The notes: generated from the sequence alone by a model not told the origin. A stretch of DNA of 64,000 nt from Bacteroidia bacterium (GCA_965279035.1 OZ257142.1:544001-608000), one strand, 5' to 3'; shown: positions 31,250 through 40,724, counted from the stretch's first letter. Made by a program: numbers and translations.

Positions 31250-31715
31250 TGAGAAAATATTTCCATTAGAAGCACTTTCGAAACGAACTTGGCTTTGGAA
31301 GTTTTTAGGGAATAAAATTGTTTTTACAAATGGTTGTTTCGATATACTACATCGTGGACATTTAGAATACCTCGCTTCTGCTTCAGATTTGGGAAATAAA
31401 CTCATTATCGGTTTAAATAGCGATGATTCTGTGAAACGACTAAAAGGGCCAGGACGACCAATCAATACATTTTCAGATCGTGCATTTGCACTTGCCTCTC
31501 TCCATTTTGTAGATGCAGTTGTTGAATTTAATGAAGACACTCCAATTCAATTAATTACTACCCTTTTGCCCGATGTTCTAGTAAAAGGTGGGGATTATAA
31601 TCGAGATACTATTGTTGGTGCCAACGAAGTTGAAAAAGCAGGTGGCAGCGTTGCCATTATTTCATTTAAAGAAGGATATTCAACTACTTCATTTTTGGAG
31701 AAAATTCGATCGTGA
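31227..31715 (+). CDS. rfaE2: ADP-heptose synthase-type adenylyltransferase (RfaE domain II)
   Basis: FTNGCFDILHRGH, GLNSDDSVKRLKG, VKGGDY, STT. Confidence 0.93.
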   Translation: MSQLQIISEKIFPLEALSKRTWLWKFLGNKIVFTNGCFDILHRGHLEYLASASDLGNKLIIGLNSDDSVKRLKGPGRPINTFSDRAFALASLHFVDAVVEFNEDTPIQLITTLLPDVLVKGGDYNRDTIVGANEVEKAGGSVAIISFKEGYSTTSFLEKIRS

Positions 31716-31772
31716 AAGGTTCTTTGTGAATGATTTAATTTTCTTTAAGTTTGTGCATCGAAGAAGAATACA

Positions 31773-32192
31773 ATGAGAATACTACGACTTACTCAATTAA
31801 TTGTACTTCCATTCCTTCTCTTTCTTGCTTCTTGTTCAGGAAATCAAGAAAACGAATTGGTTGGAGTTTGGAAGGTGACTCGTTATGACGCTCTTCCCGA
31901 TGAGTATCCATATGTTGAATGGGAATTTACAAGTGATAACGATATCATTAAAAGACCTGTTAAAGAAACAGGATATGATGATTTCTACATTACAACTGGA
32001 CGTTGGGGAATTACCAAACACAATCGTTTAAGTATATCAAAGTTTGATGTTGGGTTTAATGGTGAGTGGGATATTGTAACACTGAAAAATGGTGTACTTC
32101 GGATTGTATTGAAAGTATTCGCTACAGATCCTGAATCTGGTAAAGAAGCACCTGCAGGTCAAGTTCTTGTTGAAATGACCAAAGAACGATAA
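31773..32192 (+). CDS. Lipocalin-like lipoprotein
   Basis: Lipobox LASC, LVGVWK motif. Confidence 0.65.
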   Translation: MRILRLTQLIVLPFLLFLASCSGNQENELVGVWKVTRYDALPDEYPYVEWEFTSDNDIIKRPVKETGYDDFYITTGRWGITKHNRLSISKFDVGFNGEWDIVTLKNGVLRIVLKVFATDPESGKEAPAGQVLVEMTKER

Positions 32193-32216
32193 GAACAAAT
32201 TATACAAATACGAATC

Positions 32217-32240
32217 AGCCCTCTTTTTGAGGGCTTTTTT
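32217..32240 (+). terminator. Intrinsic terminator
   Basis: AGCCCTC-TTTTT-GAGGGCT followed by T run. Confidence 0.7.
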
Positions 32241-32243
32241 ATT

Positions 32244-33614
32244 ATGGCTAAGATTAAAACAAGTTTTTACTGTCAGAGTTGTGGTCATGAATCGCCCAAA
32301 TGGCTGGGGAAATGTCCTAATTGCGGAGCATGGAACAGCTTTGCTGAAGAGTTGGTGCAGAAAGAAAAAGCAGCGAAAAGTTGGGTAAAAGGAGATCTTC
32401 CTGCTAAAGCGCCACAGCCTGTTCGTATTTCGGAAGTAGAACAACATGCCGAAGTTCGAATTGATATGGGCGACCAGGAATTGAACCGAATATTAGGTGG
32501 TGGATTGGTGCCTGGATCGTTGATATTGTTAGGGGGCGAACCCGGAATTGGAAAATCAACCTTGATGCTGCAAGTGGCGGTTAAATCAACACGGTTGAAG
32601 GTATTGTATGTTTCTGGTGAAGAAAGCGAGCAGCAAATTCGCATGCGCGCCGAACGTATTGGAATTCAAAATACCGATTGTTTTGTGTTGGCCGAAACCG
32701 GGATGCAACGGATTTTCCAGCACATTCAAAAAGTTGAACCACAACTGCTGGTCATTGATTCAATCCAAACACTACAAACCGATACGATTGAATCTTCACC
32801 CGGAAGCGTTTCTCAAATACGAGAATGTACCGCCGAATTACTGCGTTATGCCAAGGAAAGCTCAACACCGGTCATGTTAATTGGCCACATCACTAAAGAT
32901 GGACAAATTGCCGGACCAAAAATCCTGGAACACATGGTAGATGTGGTTTTGCAGTTTGAAGGTGATCGCAATCATTTGTATCGCATTGTGCGTTCGGTGA
33001 AGAATCGTTTTGGCTCAACTGCCGAAATGGGTATTTACGAAATGGCAGGTGAAGGTTTACGTGAAGTGGAAAATCCTTCTCAAGTATTGCTTTCGCAACT
33101 CGATGAACCATTCTCCGGAATTGCAATATCTGCCACCATGGAAGGTGCTCGTCCGATGTTGGTAGAAACACAAGCATTAGTAAGCACGGCTGTTTATGGA
33201 ACTCCCCAACGTTCTGGAACAGGTTTCGATTTACGTCGCTTGAATATGCTTTTGGCAGTGATAGAAAAGCGCTGCGGTTTTAAACTCGGTCAAAAGGATG
33301 TATTTCTCAATATCACTGGAGGAATTCGAGTAGAAGATCCTGCCATTGATTTAGGGGTAATCTGCGCAATACTTTCTTCGGATTTGAACATGCCAATACC
33401 AACAAAGACCTGTTTTTGTGGTGAAGTAGGATTGAGTGGTGAAATTCGTCCGGTTAGCCGCTTAGAACAACGCATTGCAGAAGCAGCACGCATGGGCTTT
33501 GCGCAAATTCTGGTGTCGGATTACAATTTAAAAGGAATCAACACCGGGAAATTTGGCATTCGTGTTATCCCAGTGAAGAAGATTGAAGAAGCTTTTCAAG
33601 TGCTTTACGGATAA
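32244..33614 (+). CDS. radA: DNA repair protein RadA/Sms
   Basis: C4 zinc finger, GEPGIGKST, KNRFG, Lon-like C-terminus. Confidence 0.98.
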   Translation: MAKIKTSFYCQSCGHESPKWLGKCPNCGAWNSFAEELVQKEKAAKSWVKGDLPAKAPQPVRISEVEQHAEVRIDMGDQELNRILGGGLVPGSLILLGGEPGIGKSTLMLQVAVKSTRLKVLYVSGEESEQQIRMRAERIGIQNTDCFVLAETGMQRIFQHIQKVEPQLLVIDSIQTLQTDTIESSPGSVSQIRECTAELLRYAKESSTPVMLIGHITKDGQIAGPKILEHMVDVVLQFEGDRNHLYRIVRSVKNRFGSTAEMGIYEMAGEGLREVENPSQVLLSQLDEPFSGIAISATMEGARPMLVETQALVSTAVYGTPQRSGTGFDLRRLNMLLAVIEKRCGFKLGQKDVFLNITGGIRVEDPAIDLGVICAILSSDLNMPIPTKTCFCGEVGLSGEIRPVSRLEQRIAEAARMGFAQILVSDYNLKGINTGKFGIRVIPVKKIEEAFQVLYG

Positions 33615-33637
33615 TGATGATTAACTAATTTTGAAAT

Positions 33638-33844
33638 ATGGATTTTCGATTAGATAAAACAAGTTTTAGCCTACAGACACTAGAAAACCAAGGCAAAAAC
33701 AAGACATATTGGTTAGAGAAATCAGCAGATGAACGTTTTGCTGCTTCTGCATTTTTAATTGCGAATGCTTTCGGAATAGATTTGAAAAAATTACCTAGAA
33801 TGGATAAAACTGTTTTTTCAATTCGTAAACTAAAAGACCTTTAG
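33638..33844 (+). CDS. Small hypothetical protein (antitoxin-like)
   Basis: 68 aa with repeated RLDKT.F/RMDKT.F ends and YW....ER; TAATTTTG 4 nt before ATG. Confidence 0.6.
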   Translation: MDFRLDKTSFSLQTLENQGKNKTYWLEKSADERFAASAFLIANAFGIDLKKLPRMDKTVFSIRKLKDL

Positions 33845-33852
33845 ATTCTATA

Positions 33853-35496
33853 TCAATCCTTCCAGAACTTGCGGCCATGTTCATCTACATAGCCCATTGG
33901 TATTCCTTTTTCATCCACTAAAAGCATTAGGAAATAATTGGCTGTGGATTTTTCTCTTTTCAGGTGAAATATCGTGCGCGGTTGATAATCAAATTGAGGT
34001 TCAAAAAGCTGACGAGGATAACGGGTGTCGGAGTTATGATCGCGATCGAAAAACAAACCATATTTCCCATTTTTCATTAAGACCATACAATCTGTAGTTC
34101 CGGATTTCCTTGCTAAGTAAATGCTGTCATACGCAAAAGGCAATTGTTGCTCGTTATTAGCATTTATTAGTCCCCATTGATTATCTTTTTTCGCAATGAG
34201 ATACATGTATGGTGCTGTTAATGACGCATTAGCAGGTGTGTTTTCAAAATTGATGATCTGTTCAAAATCTTGTGGTAAATGGGTATTCCCGTTTTCATCT
34301 AGAGTTCCCAAACGCCATGAACCATCGCTGGCTTTATCACCAACAAGAAAATGATGCAATCCTTTCTGTGCAGCCGAAAACAAGAGAATAGAATCATGAT
34401 AAACAGGTTCAATTTTCTCATCAGTCAGCAAACCCTTCTTGTCTTTGTAATTAAATAAAACCGCATTGGCGCGAGACATTCGTATGTTCTCTTCGGTGAG
34501 TGTTACATAGCTGAAATACTTGACAATTTCAGGCTTCGTACTTCCCTCGGGAAGATGAATGGGATTCCGAACAAATTGAGGAGGACGACTGCCTCGAAAA
34601 TCCCCATACATATAGCGACAAAACAGCGTATCGTTCTTGATTTCGAATGATTTATTGATCGTTTGAATGGTAGAAATAGTTTCTTCGGATTCTTGTTGTT
34701 CAGTCCCAACAGTACTTATATATTCACGCTCACCTACGTATCCAGATCCATTTCCAACATATCCCATTTCATCATTGCCATTGCTTTTTTCTACTTTGGG
34801 ATTCGTGCTTAGATACGTTTCCATAAACACTTTCGTAGCTAGGTCATATGTTAAAGTTTGGATGTACTCGGTTTGAGGTTCTTCTTTTCCTTTTCGTTCA
34901 AACAAGATGGTTTGGTCGCTTTTAGAAACACTATAGCGAATGCTAATGCAGTCTTTATACAACCAACCCGACTTGGCTGGTTCGTTTAAGTAATAACAGA
35001 AAATAGCTTTGAGTTTATCCGGTTGAGTGCATTTTATGAAGACGACTTCTGGCTTACCTGTTTTTGGATTTTCATACGACCAAATAGCTTGTTCAATGGT
35101 GCATGAATCTTTTATAACCAGCTTTCCTTCTAGGTTATAAAAAACCGGATTGCTATTTTTATTCGGCGCTGCACCAAATAGAATTCCGTCGAAACATTCG
35201 ATTACTCCATGTATAGGAGGAATAATTTCTTTATTACTAATAATACCTAGTAAAGAATCTTTCACCACATAAAAATATCCTGTAGGCAAAGTGAATTTGC
35301 TCTTTTTCTTCTGCGAATTAAATTCAATGTAATCGTATTTGGGTGCGACAATGATTTTACCTGTCGTGTCGGCCATTCCCCATAGCTTTCCTTGTCGATA
35401 AGGAATAAGTTGTTGATGCTTTTGCGCCTTTAAAGGGAGGAAGGAAAGCAGAAGAATTATAACTAGAATTAGATTTCGAAAGAGCATAAATGACAA
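33853..35496 (-). CDS. WG-repeat secreted protein
   Basis: Signal peptide; WGMADTTGKIIVAPKYD, WGLINANNEQQLPFAYD repeats. Confidence 0.75.
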   Translation of the reverse strand: MSFMLFRNLILVIILLLSFLPLKAQKHQQLIPYRQGKLWGMADTTGKIIVAPKYDYIEFNSQKKKSKFTLPTGYFYVVKDSLLGIISNKEIIPPIHGVIECFDGILFGAAPNKNSNPVFYNLEGKLVIKDSCTIEQAIWSYENPKTGKPEVVFIKCTQPDKLKAIFCYYLNEPAKSGWLYKDCISIRYSVSKSDQTILFERKGKEEPQTEYIQTLTYDLATKVFMETYLSTNPKVEKSNGNDEMGYVGNGSGYVGEREYISTVGTEQQESEETISTIQTINKSFEIKNDTLFCRYMYGDFRGSRPPQFVRNPIHLPEGSTKPEIVKYFSYVTLTEENIRMSRANAVLFNYKDKKGLLTDEKIEPVYHDSILLFSAAQKGLHHFLVGDKASDGSWRLGTLDENGNTHLPQDFEQIINFENTPANASLTAPYMYLIAKKDNQWGLINANNEQQLPFAYDSIYLARKSGTTDCMVLMKNGKYGLFFDRDHNSDTRYPRQLFEPQFDYQPRTIFHLKREKSTANYFLMLLVDEKGIPMGYVDEHGRKFWKD

Positions 35497-35592
35497 TGAG
35501 CGGCGAAGTTAAGTCGAAACGAACTCAAATGAACTTTTCAAAAAAATTAGCAAATAGCGCCTGCTCATCTTATCTTTCGGTTCCATCATTCT

Positions 35593-37518
35593 ATGATTAA
35601 ACAACTCTGCATTTTCGCGCTGCTCCTTTTCGCTTTCATTTCCAACTGCACGTTTGCTCAATCGGCAAAACCCGAATGGTTGTATATTATTGATGGTTAC
35701 AACGACACGTTTGTAAGTGATTTGGAGGTAGATAAAGAAGGAAATACCTATGTGGCTGTTAACTATTGCGGGGCGCTAACTGTAAGTGGCTTGAATAAGA
35801 AAAAGCCACCATCTGGGCATGTTCATGGCTTATTGATTAAGTTGAATAAAAATGGAAAACCACTTTGGGCGCATGGTTTTAAAAGTGCTTACGATAACCG
35901 AATTAATGATTTGTCGATTGCTCCTGATGGCGATGTGCTCTTTACAGGATTTGGTGATGGAGTGATGAGTTTTCCGGGATTGAGTGATACACTAAAATGC
36001 GGTAGAGAACGCGAGAAAAATGGCTACCATTATCCGCAAGCGGTTTACGCTGCTCGTTACTCACCCAAAGGAGAACGCATTTGGGCGCATTTCTGGAATA
36101 CAGGTTGGGCCGAAGGAATGAGCATTGCCGCAAATAGTAAAGAGGAAGTGTATTTCAGCTTTTATCATCGGGGAAGCTTGAGAAATAATGAAATGCTGAT
36201 AGATTCTTTTCCCATAGTTCCAAAGCTTTCGGCAATGGTTTCGTATGCACACATCGATAAAGATGGAAAGTTGGTCAAGATTCATCATTTCGATTTTCAG
36301 GAAACGAGTAGTAGTGCACTAACGCCGCATTTGAAGTTCGATCAAAACGATAATTTATTCTTGTATGGTGCTTTCAAAGGCAAGGTGAAGTTCAGCGAAA
36401 AGGATTCGCTCACAAATGATTCGTATTATGAAAGCAACGATTCCTATATCGTGAAATACAATCCAGCTGGTGAATTACTGTGGAAGAAGAAGATTGGAGG
36501 ACAAAATGGACAATGGATTAAGGAAATTCAATTTGGGGAAGATGGATCCGTTTACGCAACAGGAGAATTTAGCTATGAATGCACAATAGGCGATGGGATT
36601 AGTTTGACTCAGAAGAGCAAATACGAATATAAATCGGGCGATAGCTTTATGTATTTCAAGTTGGCTGCCGATGGTGAGCTGGTCTTTACCCGTTTCGAAG
36701 AACAAGGGAATTACGGCACTTATTTTACGGGAAGATCAATTGCACTTGATCCAAATGGAGAATCGCATGTTGTTGGTTATTACACAGATACTATTCAACT
36801 GGATGGGTTTTTTCTTCCGGGAATTTCGCGAACGAATCAGATGTTTTACAGTAGATGGCAGGAAGATAAATTAGTGGAACTTGAAAATGTGGGGAATAAC
36901 AATCGATACGGGCTTAGTCCCATGCGCATTGGGTTTGGACCAACAGGACAGTTTGCTGTTACAGGAGTTTATAATGATAAAAGCTGTTCTATCACTATTC
37001 AAGGACAAGAAAGGAAGTTTGGGAAATACGAATATGGCAATGCCACGTTTGTGTATGGAGGAAGTATTCCTGTTTTAAGAAAAACGGAGCCTTCATTATT
37101 GGCAACAAAGACGAAACGAATCAATCACTTAGAAACGTTGAAGCCTTTGTTAGCATGCCTAAATCCTCAGGAAAATGGCATTCCCAATGTTTGGTTTCCA
37201 ACTACCGATTCTATCCCATCACGCCAAACATGGTTAAGTGAATCTCCTTGCGGAAGAGAAATAATTCAGTTAGAAGCGAGTTTGTATCCCAATCCAAGCG
37301 CGGGACAAAGCACCTTGAAACTAAATGGAATGCTTGGTGGTCAAGTCCAACTGGATGTGTTTTCGGAAAACGGAGCATTACTTTTTTCTCAACGATTGAC
37401 GGTGCCGAGTAACGAATATTTACAAGAACTTGATTTGAGTTCTGCAGCACCCGGAATTTACTTCGTACGCATTGTCCATGGCGGTTTTGAAAAAGCGATA
37501 CGGATGGTGAAGATTTGA
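35593..37518 (+). CDS. T9SS-secreted beta-propeller (SBBP-like repeat) protein
   Basis: Signal peptide; repeated D.EGNTYV / GDVLFTG / GSVYATGEF blades; LYPNPS..GIYFVRI CTD. Confidence 0.8.
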   Translation: MIKQLCIFALLLFAFISNCTFAQSAKPEWLYIIDGYNDTFVSDLEVDKEGNTYVAVNYCGALTVSGLNKKKPPSGHVHGLLIKLNKNGKPLWAHGFKSAYDNRINDLSIAPDGDVLFTGFGDGVMSFPGLSDTLKCGREREKNGYHYPQAVYAARYSPKGERIWAHFWNTGWAEGMSIAANSKEEVYFSFYHRGSLRNNEMLIDSFPIVPKLSAMVSYAHIDKDGKLVKIHHFDFQETSSSALTPHLKFDQNDNLFLYGAFKGKVKFSEKDSLTNDSYYESNDSYIVKYNPAGELLWKKKIGGQNGQWIKEIQFGEDGSVYATGEFSYECTIGDGISLTQKSKYEYKSGDSFMYFKLAADGELVFTRFEEQGNYGTYFTGRSIALDPNGESHVVGYYTDTIQLDGFFLPGISRTNQMFYSRWQEDKLVELENVGNNNRYGLSPMRIGFGPTGQFAVTGVYNDKSCSITIQGQERKFGKYEYGNATFVYGGSIPVLRKTEPSLLATKTKRINHLETLKPLLACLNPQENGIPNVWFPTTDSIPSRQTWLSESPCGREIIQLEASLYPNPSAGQSTLKLNGMLGGQVQLDVFSENGALLFSQRLTVPSNEYLQELDLSSAAPGIYFVRIVHGGFEKAIRMVKI

Positions 37519-37521
37519 GTA

Positions 37522-37628
37522 AACACGCAAAAGCGACAGCAGCAAATAGCGCCTGAAAGGACTATTGCGAATAGCGCGGGCCGCCCGAAATGCTGGAACA
37601 ATAACAAAGTGTAGAGGCGGCTTTGCCC
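37522..37628 (+). repeat. GC-rich structured intergenic element, Flavo-1-like
   Basis: AGCGACA..GCGAATAGCGCGG and GCCGCC..GGCGGC stem; resemblance to Flavo-1 is from memory, not from a model search. Confidence 0.4.
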
Positions 37629-37635
37629 TACAAAA

Positions 37636-38058
37636 TCAATCGATTGTCGCGATAACTTTGAGTTCGATGGCGATTGGAGTAGGTAAGCAATTGATTTCGA
37701 TGGTAGTACGGCAAGGCAAGTTATCCTTGAAAAACTCAGCGTAGATGCGATTGTAGGTGGGAAAATCGGCTTTCATGTTGGTGAGAAAAACCGTTACATC
37801 CACGATTTTATCCCATGAAGAGCCACAATCTTCAAGTATGTAACGAATGTTATTGAACACCGAACGGCACTGTGTTTCAATATCGTAGCTACTGATTTCG
37901 CCTTGCTCGTTCAATTCTACACCCGGAATCTTTTTAGTTCCTCGTTCACGTGGACCAACACCAGAAAGAAAAAGTAAGTTTCCAACTTTACGTGCATGTG
38001 GATATAAACCTACCGGTTCGGGCGCTCTAGAAGAATTAAGTTTGTCGGATGTAGACAT
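37636..38058 (-). CDS. RidA/YjgF family protein (2-aminomuconate deaminase-like)
   Basis: APEPVGLYPHA, FLSGVGPR, PCRTTIEI, IELKVIA. Confidence 0.88.
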   Translation of the reverse strand: MSTSDKLNSSRAPEPVGLYPHARKVGNLLFLSGVGPRERGTKKIPGVELNEQGEISSYDIETQCRSVFNNIRYILEDCGSSWDKIVDVTVFLTNMKADFPTYNRIYAEFFKDNLPCRTTIEINCLPTPIAIELKVIATID

Positions 38059-38105
38059 GGCTGAAAGCTTAAGGCTGCGAATTTAATTGGAAATTTGAGA
38101 AAGCA

Positions 38106-39401
38106 TTAGCCTTTTTTCTGAGCCTTAGCTGCAATGGCAGTGATGGCTTTTACGAGCACATCTAAATCGGCAAATGGTGTGTAAACATGCGGTGTAACAC
38201 GCACTCCTGAGATATTATTCCAATCAATACCTACCGTATGAATTCCATAGGGTTTGAATAATTCGGGTTCAATCTCGGAAGGCTTCATTCCTTCGATGGA
38301 GAATAATCCAATAGCACCGCTGAATTGAGCCGATGCTGGTGTATGAACGGTTACCCCAGGAAGTGTTTTGACTTTTTCGGTCCAGTAGGTTTTGAGTTGG
38401 TGCAAACGTTCGAATTTTCGTGTGCTTCCGATTCCATTATGAAAATCAATGGCTCGTCCAATAGCTAATTCGGTAGGGAATGAACGTGTACCCAAGGTTT
38501 CGAATTTACGGATGTCGTCACTTTCGGGTTTTTCACCGGGGAATAATGGGGCTAGATTGGCAATTCGATCTTTACGCACATAGAGCAATCCAGATCCAAA
38601 CGGCGCGCAGAGCCATTTATGTAGACTGGTTCCGCAAAAATCGACCTGCAAATCGGGAATCTTGAAATCGAGATGAGCAAAGGAATGAGCACTGTCGGAA
38701 ATGGATAAGATTCCCTTTTCGCGTGCTTTTTGAGCAATTTTCGCCACCGGAATTACTTGTCCGTTCCAATTGATTAAGTGCGTAATATGTACAACTTTGG
38801 TTTTAGAAGTAAATGCATCGGTGTAGCGTTTTGTGAGCTCATCGGCGTTTTCAGATGTGTTAGGATGTTCAACCCAAACGAGTTTGATTCCATCACGTTT
38901 CTCCCGCCATTTCCAGGCATTAATCATATTGGGATAATCCCATCTGCTCAACACAATTTCATCGCCTTTTTCCAATGGAAGTCCCATGATAATGGTTCCC
39001 AACGCCTCGGTTGCATTTCGGTTAATTGCTAGTTCATCGGCCGAACAGCCGGCTAACTCTGCCAAAGAATTTCGAAGTGGCTCACGACCTTGGTCTAATA
39101 TGCGCCACATGTAATACGATGGTCCTTCGTTACTTAAGCGATTGAAGTTTTCGAATGTTTCCTGTACCACTTTAGGCTGCGGACTAACACCTCCATTGTT
39201 GAGGTTGATGATATTAGGTGATACTGAATAGGATTGTTGAATTCGGTACCAGAAATCCTCGTCATTTTCAACTTGATTTAAAGAAAATGAATCGAAATGT
39301 GTATCTAATTCAGCCGCTTCAAGTGTATTCCATTGCTGAAGGAATGGTAGCGAAAGTGCAGAAATACCTACGTTTTTAAGAAAGGAGCGGCGAGGAGTCA
39401 T
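38106..39401 (-). CDS. Tat-exported class V PLP aminotransferase-fold enzyme
   Basis: RRSFLK twin-arginine leader; INLNNGG, DSAHS, SLHKWL. Confidence 0.85.
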   Translation of the reverse strand: MTPRRSFLKNVGISALSLPFLQQWNTLEAAELDTHFDSFSLNQVENDEDFWYRIQQSYSVSPNIINLNNGGVSPQPKVVQETFENFNRLSNEGPSYYMWRILDQGREPLRNSLAELAGCSADELAINRNATEALGTIIMGLPLEKGDEIVLSRWDYPNMINAWKWREKRDGIKLVWVEHPNTSENADELTKRYTDAFTSKTKVVHITHLINWNGQVIPVAKIAQKAREKGILSISDSAHSFAHLDFKIPDLQVDFCGTSLHKWLCAPFGSGLLYVRKDRIANLAPLFPGEKPESDDIRKFETLGTRSFPTELAIGRAIDFHNGIGSTRKFERLHQLKTYWTEKVKTLPGVTVHTPASAQFSGAIGLFSIEGMKPSEIEPELFKPYGIHTVGIDWNNISGVRVTPHVYTPFADLDVLVKAITAIAAKAQKKG

Positions 39402-39540
39402 GGAATCGAGGCTTAGTATTTTATAAAAATAGAATTATATCCAGAAGAAAATAGTCTTAGTTAGGAGGGATGAATAAGTTATATTATTGATTCGATAAAA
39501 AATCTGGAAATTAATACGGGAAGCTATTGCCGTAAATGAA

Positions 39541-39565
39541 AAAAGCAACACGATTGTGCTGCTTT
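39541..39565 (-). terminator. Terminator after tRNA-Ala
   Basis: AAAGCAACAC..GTGCTGCTTT imperfect hairpin with A run (U tail on minus). Confidence 0.55.
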
Positions 39566-39567
39566 AG

Positions 39568-39641
39568 TGGAGAATACCGGATTCGAACCGGTCGCCTCTT
39601 GCCTGCCAGGCAAGCGCTCTAGCCAAATGAGCTAATTCCCC
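39568..39641 (-). tRNA. tRNA-Ala (GGC), CCA not encoded
   Basis: GGGGAAT acceptor with G3:U70, D arm GCTC/GAGC, anticodon arm CTTGC-CTGGCAG-GCAAG, T arm ACCGG-TTCGAAT-CCGGT. Confidence 0.96.
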
Positions 39642-39660
39642 TTTATTTCAATCTCATTCT

Positions 39661-39728
39661 GGTCGCATTCCCGATTTTACATCGGGACGCTCTAGCCATC
39701 CCGATAACTATCGGGAGAGCTAATTCCC
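39661..39728 (-). pseudogene. Partial tRNA-Ala copy with two palindromic replacements
   Basis: GGTCGC..CGCTCTAGCCA..GAGCTAATTCCC match the tRNA; TCCCGAT-N5/N4-ATCGGGA at 39669-39687 and 39699-39716. Confidence 0.75.
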
Positions 39729-39833
39729 TTATTGAAGGATGGCAAAAGTAGAAAAAAATAGATACTGCTGATTATCCAACTTTGGAATGTTGAGGTACTT
39801 ACTTGTTCTTAAATGTATATTGCATTTTCCTAT

Positions 39834-40682
39834 ATGATTCCCCACTCCATTCTATCTCAATTAAGCGATGCTCCAGTCGTTTCTCAATCTCCCGTCAATG
39901 GTGGTTCGATAAACGAGTGCTTTCAAGTTGATTTGGCAGATGGGCAATCGTTTTTTCTCAAACGAAATAAGCTAAAGGAATTTCCGGGGATGTTTCTAGC
40001 CGAGAAAAAAGGGCTGGAATTGTTGGCTCAATCGGGAGCTCCAACACCTCAAGTCTTGGCCTGTTGGGAGGAAGAACCTCATCAATTTCTTTTGCAAGAA
40101 TTTCTTGAACCACAAATTTCAACCAATACAGGCTGGGAAAATGCCGGCGCACTTTTGGCTCATCTTCATCAAACAACTTCAGAAACATTTGGGCTCGATC
40201 ACAGCAATTATATGGGAAGTTTGATGCAGCGCAATAATTTCTGCAACAGTTTTCATGAGTTCTTCATTGTGTATCGTTTAGGAGATCAAATTCGAATTGC
40301 ACGAGATGCTAAGTGGCTTGATTCTTCTCATGTAAAAGCATTTGATCGTTTGTTTCTTCGTTTTGAAGATCTCATACCTTCAGAGAAACCGGCACTCATT
40401 CATGGAGATTTATGGACAGGAAACATTCATGAAACCAAGCAAGGAATTTACTTTATTGATCCAGCCATTGCTTTTAGTCACCGTGAAACGGATATCGCTA
40501 TGACTCAACTTTTTGGGAACTTACCTGAGGCGTTTTACCGAAGCTATCACGAAACTCTTCCGCTTGAAAATGGTTGGCAGGATCGTGTTCCCATTTTTAA
40601 CCTCTATCCATTACTTATCCATTTGAATTTATTTGGATACACGTATTTACGAAGCATAGAAGAAGTCTTGAGGCGTTTTTAA
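39834..40682 (+). CDS. Fructosamine kinase family protein
   Basis: GGSIN, FLKRN, FGLDHSNYMG, LIHGDLWTGN, IDPA; ATG at 39834 (or 39813). Confidence 0.9.
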   Translation: MIPHSILSQLSDAPVVSQSPVNGGSINECFQVDLADGQSFFLKRNKLKEFPGMFLAEKKGLELLAQSGAPTPQVLACWEEEPHQFLLQEFLEPQISTNTGWENAGALLAHLHQTTSETFGLDHSNYMGSLMQRNNFCNSFHEFFIVYRLGDQIRIARDAKWLDSSHVKAFDRLFLRFEDLIPSEKPALIHGDLWTGNIHETKQGIYFIDPAIAFSHRETDIAMTQLFGNLPEAFYRSYHETLPLENGWQDRVPIFNLYPLLIHLNLFGYTYLRSIEEVLRRF

Positions 40683-40724
40683 GTCCAAGTTTTTCACAAA
40701 CAAAATTTTGCTTAGGTTAGGCTC

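Noticed and set aside
37541-37570. AGCGCCTG resembling the glmS ribozyme cleavage site
   Set aside because: No downstream ribozyme core and not located upstream of glmS
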